A DNA stretch of 64,000 bases, from sequence record PP989838.1; one strand, written 5' to 3'. The notes below the pieces were generated by a model. The model had not been told where the DNA came from. It did no database searches and worked only from the letters and a program-made list of their open reading frames with translations. Positions 22,361 to 30,938 of this stretch are shown here, piece after piece. Origin of the DNA: Escherichia phage VTCCBPA_211. A program made the position numbers and the translations under genes. Each line of letters starts with the position of its first letter. Within the stretch, counting starts at the first letter, position 1.

Positions 22361-22386
22361 GCTCAAGGATTCCAAGGAGGAAGAGC

Positions 22387-23634
22387 ATGTCAAAGATCAT
22401 TTTGGGAGACACAGGTTGTAAGGAATGTATCTCTCATGGTCGTGATAAAACCCACAACCACATGATTCTCTTCCGTAACGAAGAGACTGGTGAGGAGTGG
22501 GGAAGTTGTAACCGTTGTGGGAATTACGAAGTGTTCGAAAAGGGCACTACACCTACTCCAAACGAGAAGAAAGAGTTATCCCCTGAAGAGTTGAGAGAAG
22601 TCTTAGATGATTGCTTAGAGCTTCCTCAGGGTGAACTTACTCGCCGTTTAATCCCTAAAGCTGTATCAGAGCGGTTTGAGTGTCGTATTGGCCTCAGTCA
22701 AACTGATGGTCAGACACCAGACAGTTACTTCTTTCCTCGTGAACGTGATGGAAACATTGTCGGATACGAGGTTAAGCTGCTAGATAGTAAGAAGTTCTAT
22801 TACGTCGGCAGTGTGAAAGAAGCAGATTTGTTCGGTATGGCACAAGCTCAACGTGGAGATGTGTACAACAAGAAGCTGTTCATTTTTGAAGACCCGCTAT
22901 CCTGTATGTCAGGTTTCCATGTCCTTACAGCTTTTACAAATGCAACAAATATTAAACCAGCATGTGTTTCTTTACCGTTCGGTGCAGGTTCAATCTCTTC
23001 TGTGTTGTCTCGTAACCGAGACTTCGTAAATGGTTTTGAGGAGGTTGTGCTCTGCATGGACAACGATGATGCAGGTGAGATAGCTTTAACAAAAGGTCGT
23101 TCTTTATTCCCTCATGTTAAGTTTGCTCGTATTCCTAAAGGAACTTTCCCATACAACGGTGTGGAGAAAGAGATTAAGGATGCGAATGACATGCTTCTGT
23201 CTGGTCGTGGTCAAGAGTTATTCAACATTCTCAAGTACTCAGCAAAGCGGGAATCTCCTGCTGGAGCTGTAACAATCTTTGATTGTCTTGATGATGCTCT
23301 GAAGAAAGCGGAGTGGGGTATCCCATATCCGTGGAAGACTCTGAATGAGATGACCTTCGGTATTCGATGGGGAGAGGTGGTAGCAATTGGTGGTGGAGTA
23401 GGGAGTGGTAAAACACTCATTGCTCACGAGCTGGTTGCTCATCTGTGCTTAGAGCATGGTTTTAATGGAGGTGGCTTCTTCTTGGAAGAGAAGGTAGGCA
23501 TGTCTGTTAAGAACATTGCTGGTAAGTCAGCATCAATTCCTTTCCACCGACCTGATGTTGAATATGATGAGGAGGATTTGCGTAATGAAGCACTTCGTTA
23601 TGCAGACAAATTCTTCTTGTATGACAACTTCGGT
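22387..23634 (+). CDS. DNA primase/helicase (T7 gp4-like), exon 1
   Basis: Zn finger CKEC..CNRC, TOPRIM VLCMDNDDAGE, Walker A GGGVGSGKT; ends ..LYDNFG at a U-G splice-site pairing. Confidence 0.85.
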
Positions 23635-24355
23635 TAACACAATGGCCGAAGTAAAACTAGGTGAATTCAGGGAAAGCTAAGTCGAAAGATATGCCAATCC
23701 TGAGCGAAGCCCTTCTCCTCCTATAGCACAAGGAGGTAATTCATGAAACGAATCACAGGATACGAAAACTACACCATTTCTGAAAACGGTGAGGTTTTTA
23801 ATAACAGAGGTGCTCAATTAAAACCTTTTGTGAATAAAGGCAGAAATGAGTACTTGAGAGTGACACTAAGCTGTAGAGGGAAATCTAAACATTTTCTTGT
23901 TCACAGATTGGTTGCTCAAGAATACCTTAAAGATTTTAACCCGAATCTCCAAGTAGACCACATGGATGGTGACAGTAGAAACAACCACCACTCAAACCTC
24001 CAAATGGTTACTTGCAAAGAAAATAACTCACTTGCTTCACAAAGAGAGTGGGAAAAGGGTGGTAATCAAAAACATTCTGATGATACAGTAAGGGAGGCCA
24101 TAAGGCTTTCTCTAGATATGTCAACAGATAAGGTTGGGGAATTACTAGGTATCTCAGGGAGACAAGTCAGACGATACAGAAGTTTGACAAGTCGAAGATT
24201 TGTTGGAGAAGGGAACGTGCAGAGACTATCCGAAAGGAGTACACTGGAAGCTAATGACAGTGGAAGCGCCTAGCCCCTTAACAGGGTGATGATATAGTCC
24301 AATCCCGTGGGAAACTGCGGGCAGTAGCCATGATGCTACGGGTAAAGGAGTTGCG
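23635..24355 (+). mobile_element. group I intron in the primase/helicase gene
   Basis: P1: exon CTTCGGT pairs with GCCGAAG (U-G at the splice site); starts TAACACAATGG like the polymerase intron; GATATAGTC core; carries an HNH ORF; 3' boundary is a best guess (alternative 24340). Confidence 0.7.
23743..24273 (+). CDS. intron-encoded HNH homing endonuclease (NUMOD4-like N-terminus + HNH, 176 aa)
   Basis: GYENYTISENGEVFN; VHRLVAQEYL..VDHMDGDSRNNHHSNLQ..TCKENN; RBS AAGGAGG. Confidence 0.85.
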   Translation: MKRITGYENYTISENGEVFNNRGAQLKPFVNKGRNEYLRVTLSCRGKSKHFLVHRLVAQEYLKDFNPNLQVDHMDGDSRNNHHSNLQMVTCKENNSLASQREWEKGGNQKHSDDTVREAIRLSLDMSTDKVGELLGISGRQVRRYRSLTSRRFVGEGNVQRLSERSTLEANDSGSA

Positions 24356-24916
24356 TCCTTTATTGAATTATTGCAAAATGAATGGGAAGACATTAAACAG
24401 TGTATCCGTTTCTGGGTAGTTGAAAACCAGTGTAAGTTCATCATCCTTGATAACATTACCGCTCTGGTGTCTCATTTAACACCTTCAGAGATTAACACTG
24501 AAATCAGTAAGATTGCTTCCGAGCTTGCTGGTATGTGTAAAGAGTTAGACTTTACCGCTTTCGTGCTATCTCACCTTAATGCTCCGGCAGGTGGTGCTCC
24601 TCATGAAGAAGGTGGACAGGTACGTGAAGTACAGTTCACTGGCTCTCGTTCTCTTATGCGTTGGTGTCAGTGTATCATTGGCTTTGAGCGTGACAAGCAA
24701 GCTGACGGCTTAGCTAAGAACCTCTCAGTCATTCGATTACTGAAAGAACGTAACTACGGTCAGACAGGTGTATGTTATACTAAGTATATCAGTGAAACCG
24801 GTAGACTTGTAGAAAGGGAAGACTTTGAAGTTGATGAAGATAATCCATTCGTTTTAACTAACGGAGAGGATGCAGCTTCTCTCGTCAACCAAGCAGATGG
24901 AGCTTCACCGTGGTAA
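24356..24916 (+). CDS. DNA primase/helicase, exon 2
   Basis: Frame open from 24293; junction gives [26 protein letters not shown], aligning with T7 gp4 LYDSF..DVIILDHIS. Confidence 0.75.
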   Translation, partial: SFIELLQNEWEDIKQCIRFWVVENQCKFIILDNITALVSHLTPSEINTEISKIASELAGMCKELDFTAFVLSHLNAPAGGAPHEEGGQVREVQFTGSRSLMRWCQCIIGFERDKQADGLAKNLSVIRLLKERNYGQTGVCYTKYISETGRLVEREDFEVDEDNPFVLTNGEDAASLVNQADGASPW

Positions 24917-25467
24917 AGAAAAAGAAGAAAGTGTTTGCATTCGATATCGAGAGTAATGCACTGTACGATGACATAACTAAAGTATGGTGTATTTATATCT
25001 TCGATGTTGAAACTGGTGAAAGGTGGGGCTATCGGCCTCACCAAATTGAAGATGGGATTCGTAAACTTACAGAAGCAGATGTACTGGTGGGTCACAATAT
25101 TATTGACTTCGACCTTTGTGCTCTGAAGAAGATGTATCCCAATCTGATTAACTATCGTTTTAACGTCTTCGACACTTTATGTCTTAGTCGATATCTTAAA
25201 CCTGACCGTATTGGTGACAGTCCTGAGTATCCGAAAGGCGACCCTAGACGTGGCCCAAGAGGTCATGGTTTGAAGCAGTGGGGTGAGTTCTTAGGAGAGC
25301 TTAAGGGCGATTATGGTGAGCAAGAGGAAGCATGGGATGCTTTCACTGAAGATATGTTTACTTATTGTGAACAGGACGTTAACTTAACTGTTAAGGTTTA
25401 TCTTTTCTTGTGTGAGCTCACGGGATTTGACCCTTACGACCCACCTTCATTATATTGGAAAATGTAA
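24910..25467 (+). CDS. stand-alone 3'-5' exonuclease domain of family-A DNA polymerase (185 aa)
   Basis: [10 protein letters not shown] (ExoI), [10 protein letters not shown] (ExoII), YCEQDV (ExoIII), similar to the T7 gp5 N-terminus. Confidence 0.8.
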   Translation: MVKKKKKVFAFDIESNALYDDITKVWCIYIFDVETGERWGYRPHQIEDGIRKLTEADVLVGHNIIDFDLCALKKMYPNLINYRFNVFDTLCLSRYLKPDRIGDSPEYPKGDPRRGPRGHGLKQWGEFLGELKGDYGEQEEAWDAFTEDMFTYCEQDVNLTVKVYLFLCELTGFDPYDPPSLYWKM

Positions 25468-25468
25468 A

Positions 25469-26839
25469 ATGATTGTTATCCCGATTAACCAAATTGAAGA
25501 TAAGGTTGCTCAACAACCTGATATCACTGTTGGTCGTCACTTCATTGAACAGTTGATTAACAACAATTTAGTTCCAGACGGTATCTGTCCCATCATTACT
25601 GGTGGGGCTGTTCGTGATGCTGTTCTTAACAATATAGCACCACATGACATTGATATCTTTATTGTCAGAGGGCAGCTTCCTGCTGGTAGAAACACTTTCA
25701 CATCAACTGACCGTTGGCAAGCTCTTGGAAGAGAGATTGAAAGTAATGTGAAGGAATGGCTAGAGTCGCAAGATATTGAGTATTCATCACTTCTTGCTGA
25801 AGCTACAAACGAATCCTATGCGGGGGGTTCTCAATTAACATTCACTGATATTATTGAGTTTCAGTGGAATGGGGTTCGTATCCAATTCATGTTTAATTAT
25901 CCTACTTCTATTGAAGAGATATTGGATAATTTTCCTATGATGTGCCGTGGTGCGATGACTCTTGACAACCTATTCATGACTCCTCATGGATATTTGGCTA
26001 TGACCGCTCCTTGCCCGGTGGTTGTTTCTAGTCGTGAAATCAGATACGTTCACAAAAAGTGGCCTAATTCACAAGTGTTAAGATTCTCAGCTCCATCTGT
26101 TGCATATCAATATATGGCCCAAACTCGATACCTTCCTACACCTCAGCCAGTTAGTCATCTGGTTAGTGGATTAGGTCAGGTTTCTCTTATTGAGGATACA
26201 ACAAGTGCTCAATATTGTGTTAACCGAGACATGAGTCTATTCTTTGGAATCCCTTATGAAGAGATTCTATTAATGTCAAGCGTTCACGGGTCTGGTCAGA
26301 TTAGTGCGTATTGGTCTGAAGGGTTGACAAATTTAACGACTAACACGGGTGGTGATCTGCTTGGTCGAGAAGATGAACCTAACCGACACAATGCAATTGA
26401 AGGGGTTTTTGTAGCCCCTGCAATGCGTAGAGCACAAGAGTCACGAAGAGTAAGCCCTACTCGTAGAGCATCTTTTGAAGAAGCTCTCGGTGTTACAAGT
26501 GATTCTATGGAGCGATGGATGGCTAGACCCTCTCGTGGTCGACCAAATGGTTTAACTGTTAGCGCACGTCAGTTCTCTGGTCAGGGTTTTGCTGTCGGTG
26601 ATATCAACGCACCTGTTAGGGCTGTGTGGACTGATGAAGGTGTGGCCCAAGATGTGGTAGGCAGTCTCTCCGATCTTGATACTCCTTCTCATGAGGAACT
26701 CGCTGAGGCTGTCAGCCGCAATCTCGCTGATCGCTTTATTACTAACAACCCTGAAGTATTAGAACCTCAAACCCGTACAGTTCGGTTTGCTGATGAAGCG
26801 GGTCGTGGAATCTCTTTTGACGTAGAAACAAATAACTAA
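25469..26839 (+). CDS. nucleotidyltransferase with CCA-adding/poly(A)-polymerase-like head motif (456 aa)
   Basis: ITGGAVRDAVLNNIAPHDIDIFIV (GGxVRD..DxD); internal ATG of track ORF 25412-26839, 1 nt after the upstream stop. Confidence 0.65.
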   Translation: MIVIPINQIEDKVAQQPDITVGRHFIEQLINNNLVPDGICPIITGGAVRDAVLNNIAPHDIDIFIVRGQLPAGRNTFTSTDRWQALGREIESNVKEWLESQDIEYSSLLAEATNESYAGGSQLTFTDIIEFQWNGVRIQFMFNYPTSIEEILDNFPMMCRGAMTLDNLFMTPHGYLAMTAPCPVVVSSREIRYVHKKWPNSQVLRFSAPSVAYQYMAQTRYLPTPQPVSHLVSGLGQVSLIEDTTSAQYCVNRDMSLFFGIPYEEILLMSSVHGSGQISAYWSEGLTNLTTNTGGDLLGREDEPNRHNAIEGVFVAPAMRRAQESRRVSPTRRASFEEALGVTSDSMERWMARPSRGRPNGLTVSARQFSGQGFAVGDINAPVRAVWTDEGVAQDVVGSLSDLDTPSHEELAEAVSRNLADRFITNNPEVLEPQTRTVRFADEAGRGISFDVETNN

Positions 26840-26848
26840 GGAATAAGA

Positions 26849-27382
26849 ATGAGTTTACTAGGAAGTATTGAACTGCACGATGTAATTGACAATGGCTATC
26901 TGAATGCGGAGCATAAATATGTTAACGCTGCTAGTGTGGATATCCGTATTGGTGATACTATCCTTGTTGAAGAACAGGCTGATGGCATCGTTGATATTGA
27001 TGCGAAAGAGAATCTTCAGTGGAAGGAAGTAAAGATTCCTGAAGAGGGTTTGGTTATCACTCCGGGTCAGTTCTTCTTGGCTCACTCCATGGAGGAGTTT
27101 AATCTTCCAGATAACATCTCAAGTCTGTTTGTCCTACGTTCATCTATGGCTCGTTGTGGTTTGAACCACCTCCACGCCGGGTGGGCAGACGCAGGGTTTA
27201 ACAGCAGTAAGCTGACATTTGAGTTCCATAACGTAACCAAGCATCATAGCTTACGAGTTCGTGCTGGTATGCGTGTTGGTCAGATGGTGATGTTTGAGCA
27301 CTCTCATGCAGGGGAACATTCCTATGCAGTGAAGGGTCGTTATAATAACTCTGAAGGTGTAGTTGCATCTAAAGGTGTGTAA
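26849..27382 (+). CDS. dcd: dCTP deaminase
   Basis: SVDIRIGD, RSSMARCGL, GWADAGF..LTFEFHN, RAGMRVGQ, aligns by eye with E. coli Dcd. Confidence 0.85.
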   Translation: MSLLGSIELHDVIDNGYLNAEHKYVNAASVDIRIGDTILVEEQADGIVDIDAKENLQWKEVKIPEEGLVITPGQFFLAHSMEEFNLPDNISSLFVLRSSMARCGLNHLHAGWADAGFNSSKLTFEFHNVTKHHSLRVRAGMRVGQMVMFEHSHAGEHSYAVKGRYNNSEGVVASKGV

Positions 27383-27589
27383 ATGACTGAAGAAGAGTTC
27401 CAAGAACTGAAAGGTTTGACTACCGAGGTTCAATTAAAAGCTATGACATTTGGTCGAGCATGTCATCGATTTGATACTTGTGATGAAAGCAGTAAAGAAG
27501 CTTGTAAGAGTTATATGGATAAGAAGCACCTTGAATGGGGTAAAGCTTCTAATGATCTTTATGACTACATGAAGGGTTTAGTAAAATGA
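27383..27589 (+). CDS. hypothetical protein (68 aa)
   Basis: Start abuts the dcd stop; track ORF. Confidence 0.6.
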   Translation: MTEEEFQELKGLTTEVQLKAMTFGRACHRFDTCDESSKEACKSYMDKKHLEWGKASNDLYDYMKGLVK

Positions 27590-27783
27590 AAAAGTGGATT
27601 GTTCGTGTACATGATAACACGACTGGAGAGTTAGTAGCTGTAGATTTTGTTAATACTCGAGACCACGCCCGTAGGGTCAAAAACCAATACAAGTCTACTT
27701 TTAGACTCAATAAGGTTACAATAGGAAAAGCTTTCGTAAACAGTGAAGGTGCTTTTCTTTCCAATAGTAAGGTTTATTATTAA
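27586..27783 (+). CDS. MKKxW/TRxxAR-family small protein, paralog 1 (65 aa)
   Basis: MKKWIV..NTRDHARRVKNQ..KVYY; ATGA coupling. Confidence 0.6.
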   Translation: MKKWIVRVHDNTTGELVAVDFVNTRDHARRVKNQYKSTFRLNKVTIGKAFVNSEGAFLSNSKVYY

Positions 27784-27992
27784 TGAGACCAATCACTATG
27801 AGAAAATTTTGGTTAGCAAAGATTGAGTGGGCATCAGGTGGCATGACTATGACTGCACTACCCACTCGCCAACAAGCTCGAGATTTTAAAAAGACTATGC
27901 TTACTGGTGACGTGGTCAATAGTATCAGTATCCATAAGGCCAAGGAGTATTCTTCTGGTCGTGTTTATATCAGCGGAAAGGTGCATTACTAA
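27783..27992 (+). CDS. MKKxW/TRxxAR-family small protein, paralog 2 (69 aa; may start at 27798)
   Basis: ..MRKFWLA..PTRQQARDFKKT..KVHY; TAATGA coupling. Confidence 0.55.
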   Translation: MRPITMRKFWLAKIEWASGGMTMTALPTRQQARDFKKTMLTGDVVNSISIHKAKEYSSGRVYISGKVHY

Positions 27993-28201
27993 TGAAAAAG
28001 ATGTGGGCTATTCATGTTGTTTGGGATCTTGAGCAACACATGAGAAAAGATAGCATCAAATTGTTTGACACTCGCAAAGAGGCTCGTATTGCTAAGAAAC
28101 AGTTGAAGACTCTGGGCACAATAGTAAAAAGCGCTGACATACATCGCTGGTATGAAGGCCCTAACACTGGTTCTTTTATGTCTAAAGTAATTTACTACTG
28201 A
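27992..28201 (+). CDS. MKKxW/TRxxAR-family small protein, paralog 3 (69 aa)
   Basis: MKKMWAI..DTRKEARIAKKQ..KVIYY; TAATGA coupling. Confidence 0.6.
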   Translation: MKKMWAIHVVWDLEQHMRKDSIKLFDTRKEARIAKKQLKTLGTIVKSADIHRWYEGPNTGSFMSKVIYY

Positions 28202-28225
28202 TTGGTAGTAGATATGATAACTCTC

Positions 28226-28234
28226 AAATGTATA
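28226..28234 (+). promoter_or_regulatory. AAATGTATA, 8/9 match to the TAATGTATA phage-promoter element
   Basis: Intergenic, 40 nt upstream of the 28274 start. Confidence 0.4.
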
Positions 28235-28273
28235 TAGAGTACAATAAGAATTTGTATTTTACAGGAGAGAGTT

Positions 28274-28603
28274 ATGTTAGATTTGAGTAAAGTGGCCCCG
28301 CCCACTGAAGAGATTACAAAATCCAAGGTGATGCAACAGTTTTATCATCGTGATATGCTTGGTCGCTTTATCAAGAATCGTGATGTTGTTGCTTGGTCTA
28401 TTGGTAATCAGGGGTATCTGTTGAAGGTTCTTCAGGTTACAGGTTCAACTGCTAAGCGAGTTAAGGTGTATGACCCTGAAATGGGGCGTTCTAAGTCAGT
28501 AGACCCACAGAACTGCATCGTAATTACCCAGCAGGTAATGGATAATATTGCACGTAACGTTGCTAACTCAGTTGAACTTGATGGAGAAAACCCAAATGCA
28601 TAA
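28274..28603 (+). CDS. hypothetical protein (109 aa)
   Basis: RBS CAGGAGAG; track ORF. Confidence 0.65.
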   Translation: MLDLSKVAPPTEEITKSKVMQQFYHRDMLGRFIKNRDVVAWSIGNQGYLLKVLQVTGSTAKRVKVYDPEMGRSKSVDPQNCIVITQQVMDNIARNVANSVELDGENPNA

Positions 28604-29159
28604 GAATGTCTTTGATTTACCTGAGATTGGTCGTGACAGTTATAGCATGTTAGACCGGTCCGACCTATCAATCTCTCGCCTTGAAACGATGCAAGGTATG
28701 ATTAGTGGAAACAGCCTAGAACACATCCTGAGCTGCTTACAAGCTAACATGGAACTCTTGCATATCAAAGCTAAAAACTACCACTGGAACGTCTCTGGTG
28801 CAGGATTTCAGGGTGTTCATGGTATGTTTGACGAGCTGGAAGATTACGCACGACAGGTAGGAGATCGTATTGCTGAACGTATGCGTTACCACTGTGTTAA
28901 AGTGGATGCTACAGCAGCTAACTACCTCTCTCATGCTTGGTTCTCAGAGGGTAATGCTGATCTAGACATGGACGGTATGCTCTCTGATATGTGCATGACC
29001 TTGATGTGTATTATTGAGAAGATGGATGAGTTTGATGGCGATTTAGCCACCTACCCTGTCGATCAGAGTATGCTTCAAGAAATTAATGAAGGTCTTGGCA
29101 AGTATTGCTACTTCGTCAAGAGCAACATGTCCCACTCAAGTGGTGATGTGTCTTACTAA
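28596..29159 (+). CDS. Dps/ferritin-like protein (187 aa)
   Basis: LHIKAKNYHWNVSGAGFQGVHGMFDE..DRIAERMR matches the Dps helix A/B signature; internal ATG of track ORF 28548-29159. Confidence 0.7.
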   Translation: MHKNVFDLPEIGRDSYSMLDRSDLSISRLETMQGMISGNSLEHILSCLQANMELLHIKAKNYHWNVSGAGFQGVHGMFDELEDYARQVGDRIAERMRYHCVKVDATAANYLSHAWFSEGNADLDMDGMLSDMCMTLMCIIEKMDEFDGDLATYPVDQSMLQEINEGLGKYCYFVKSNMSHSSGDVSY

Positions 29160-29219
29160 AACCTCCGCCCTGTCTCCTAACCCGAGGTGGGGCGAACTTA
29201 TTTATAAGGATATAGATAT

Positions 29220-29399
29220 ATGTTATCAGCAATCGTATGGGGTATTTGGGCTATCTTTATTGGTGGTGGTATTTATTGGGCTTCTGGTAAGCTTATTGAA
29301 GAAACCCCTGATAAGAAAGGTGAGATTCAAACAGCATCAACTATCATGGTTATCGTAGCTGTTGTTATCCCATTCCTGCTTCACCTCCTGACTGCATAA
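29220..29399 (+). CDS. two-TM small membrane protein (59 aa)
   Basis: Hand translation MLSAIVWGIWAIFIGGGIYWASGK..IMVIVAVVIPFLLHLLTA; AAGGA 9 nt upstream; preferred over track ORF 29086-29358. Confidence 0.5.
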   Translation: MLSAIVWGIWAIFIGGGIYWASGKLIEETPDKKGEIQTASTIMVIVAVVIPFLLHLLTA

Positions 29400-29407
29400 G
29401 GATTTAC

Positions 29408-29680
29408 ATGACTAAAGTAATTAAGTTTTATAGTGATCAGTGTGCTCCATGTAAAGCAATGGCTCCTACCTTTGAGAAGGTTGTTAAGGAGTTTGATGTA
29501 GAAGTGGAAGAGATTAACATCCTTGAAGGTGATGGTCGTGAACAAGCTGTTAAGTATGGTGTACGAAGTATCCCTGCTTTCGTTGTACCTGACCGTAACA
29601 GTGGTGCACACTACAGCCTCTCTGGTATGCAGACCGAAGCAAACCTGAAAGCATTCTTAACTACTGCCCTAGGTGTTTGA
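29408..29680 (+). CDS. thioredoxin (90 aa)
   Basis: Active site CAPC in FYSDQCAPCKAMAP; thioredoxin-size ORF. Confidence 0.85.
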   Translation: MTKVIKFYSDQCAPCKAMAPTFEKVVKEFDVEVEEINILEGDGREQAVKYGVRSIPAFVVPDRNSGAHYSLSGMQTEANLKAFLTTALGV

Positions 29681-29682
29681 TT

Positions 29683-29886
29683 ATGAAAAAATATTGGACG
29701 GTGGTATATTACCTCTACCAAGACCCGGCTATACCTGTTACAGAGCACTTTGCTACTCGTAAAGATGCTCGCCGTTTTAAGAAGGCTCTTAAGATGGCCC
29801 CAAAGATTTATAGTAAAGTAAGCTTACATAAATCAACATTGTCAGAGATGGGAACCTTAGTGGTTTATTATGTAAAAGAATATTAA
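29683..29886 (+). CDS. MKKxW/TRxxAR-family small protein, paralog 4 (67 aa)
   Basis: MKKYWTV..ATRKDARRFKKA..; ATG 7 nt after AGGTG. Confidence 0.6.
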   Translation: MKKYWTVVYYLYQDPAIPVTEHFATRKDARRFKKALKMAPKIYSKVSLHKSTLSEMGTLVVYYVKEY

Positions 29887-29901
29887 TAAGGAAATTCACG
29901 G

Positions 29902-30558
29902 ATGAATGAACAATTACAAGCAACATTAATCGAAGCTATGGGAAGTGATCGTAGCGTAGTAAACGCAGCTCGAGTTTCCTTTGGCGTAACCCGTGAAGGT
30001 GATTTAAATGAACGTGATGAACGTCTCATCAACTTCCTCGCAAGAGAGAAGCATGTTACTCCATTCCGACACCCACAAGTCAGTTTCCGATGCAAAGCAC
30101 CTATCGCAATTGCGAGACAGTTGGGCAAGCATCAGGTTGGATTCTCGTGGAACGAAATGTCCCGGCGGTATAAAGATGGAGCAGTTGAAGTCTTCATCCC
30201 TAAAGAGATTTTTGCGAGACCTTCGGACCTCCATGCAGGTTCAGGGGTTCAACTCATCGATGGAGAACGAGCTGAAGCGTTAATGTTGATTAATGATGCA
30301 TATGAAGCTTCTCTAGCAGCATATGACAAGTTGATTGAATTCATTGCACCAGAGCAAGCTCGATTTGTTCTTCCTCAGGGGATGATCACTGAGTGGGTAT
30401 GGACTGGTTCTTTGTATGGCTGGTTTGAGTTATGTCGTCAGCGACTCTCCTCTCACGCTCAATATGAAGTTCGAGTGTTTGCTAAATCTCTGGATGAAGA
30501 GATGGCTAAACTTTACCCAATCTCATGGGCAGCTCTGAAGAAAACTTTGGAGAATTAA
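29902..30558 (+). CDS. thyX: flavin-dependent thymidylate synthase
   Basis: TPFRHPQVSF.., KHQVGFSWNEMSRRY (ThyX RHRxxSxxxxSxRY-type motif). Confidence 0.85.
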   Translation: MNEQLQATLIEAMGSDRSVVNAARVSFGVTREGDLNERDERLINFLAREKHVTPFRHPQVSFRCKAPIAIARQLGKHQVGFSWNEMSRRYKDGAVEVFIPKEIFARPSDLHAGSGVQLIDGERAEALMLINDAYEASLAAYDKLIEFIAPEQARFVLPQGMITEWVWTGSLYGWFELCRQRLSSHAQYEVRVFAKSLDEEMAKLYPISWAALKKTLEN

Positions 30559-30692
30559 TGTTGGAAGAAGATGACGATGTGTTCTGCACCAAGTGTGGGA
30601 TGACAGTTGATGATGCATATGACCCAAGTGTAGAAATCTGCCCTTGTTGTGGAGTATGTGAATATTGCTGTTCCCACAACTCAGAGGATTAG
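30558..30692 (+). CDS. acidic zinc-ribbon mini-protein (44 aa)
   Basis: TAATG overlap with thyX; CTKC..CPCC..C..CC; hand translation. Confidence 0.45.
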   Translation: MLEEDDDVFCTKCGMTVDDAYDPSVEICPCCGVCEYCCSHNSED

Positions 30693-30704
30693 CAGGAATT
30701 TCTG

Positions 30705-30938
30705 ATGAAAATCAAACATATTACAGATATTCAGGAGGCATTTAGGATGCTTCCTCGAAGAGAGAAGGATAAGATTAAAAAGCTTATTCAAGTTTATGGT
30801 CATACATCTAAAGATGATGTAGACTATATGCCTTCTACTTTCGTAGAGTGTGGGATTGCTCGCGGTTTCACATTCGACCATAAAGTGTTTCAGCAATTCG
30901 TTGACCACTGGAGAAAAGATGGAAAAGAAAGTCTGTAG
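30705..30938 (+). CDS. hypothetical protein (77 aa)
   Basis: AGGA upstream; track ORF. Confidence 0.6.
   Translation: MKIKHITDIQEAFRMLPRREKDKIKKLIQVYGHTSKDDVDYMPSTFVECGIARGFTFDHKVFQQFVDHWRKDGKESL

Noticed and set aside
29086-29358. Track ORF of 90 aa spanning the Dps stop and the next intergenic region
   Set aside because: It begins inside the Dps-like gene without an RBS. The 59-aa two-TM ORF at 29220-29399, with AAGGA at 9 nt spacing, explains the region better.
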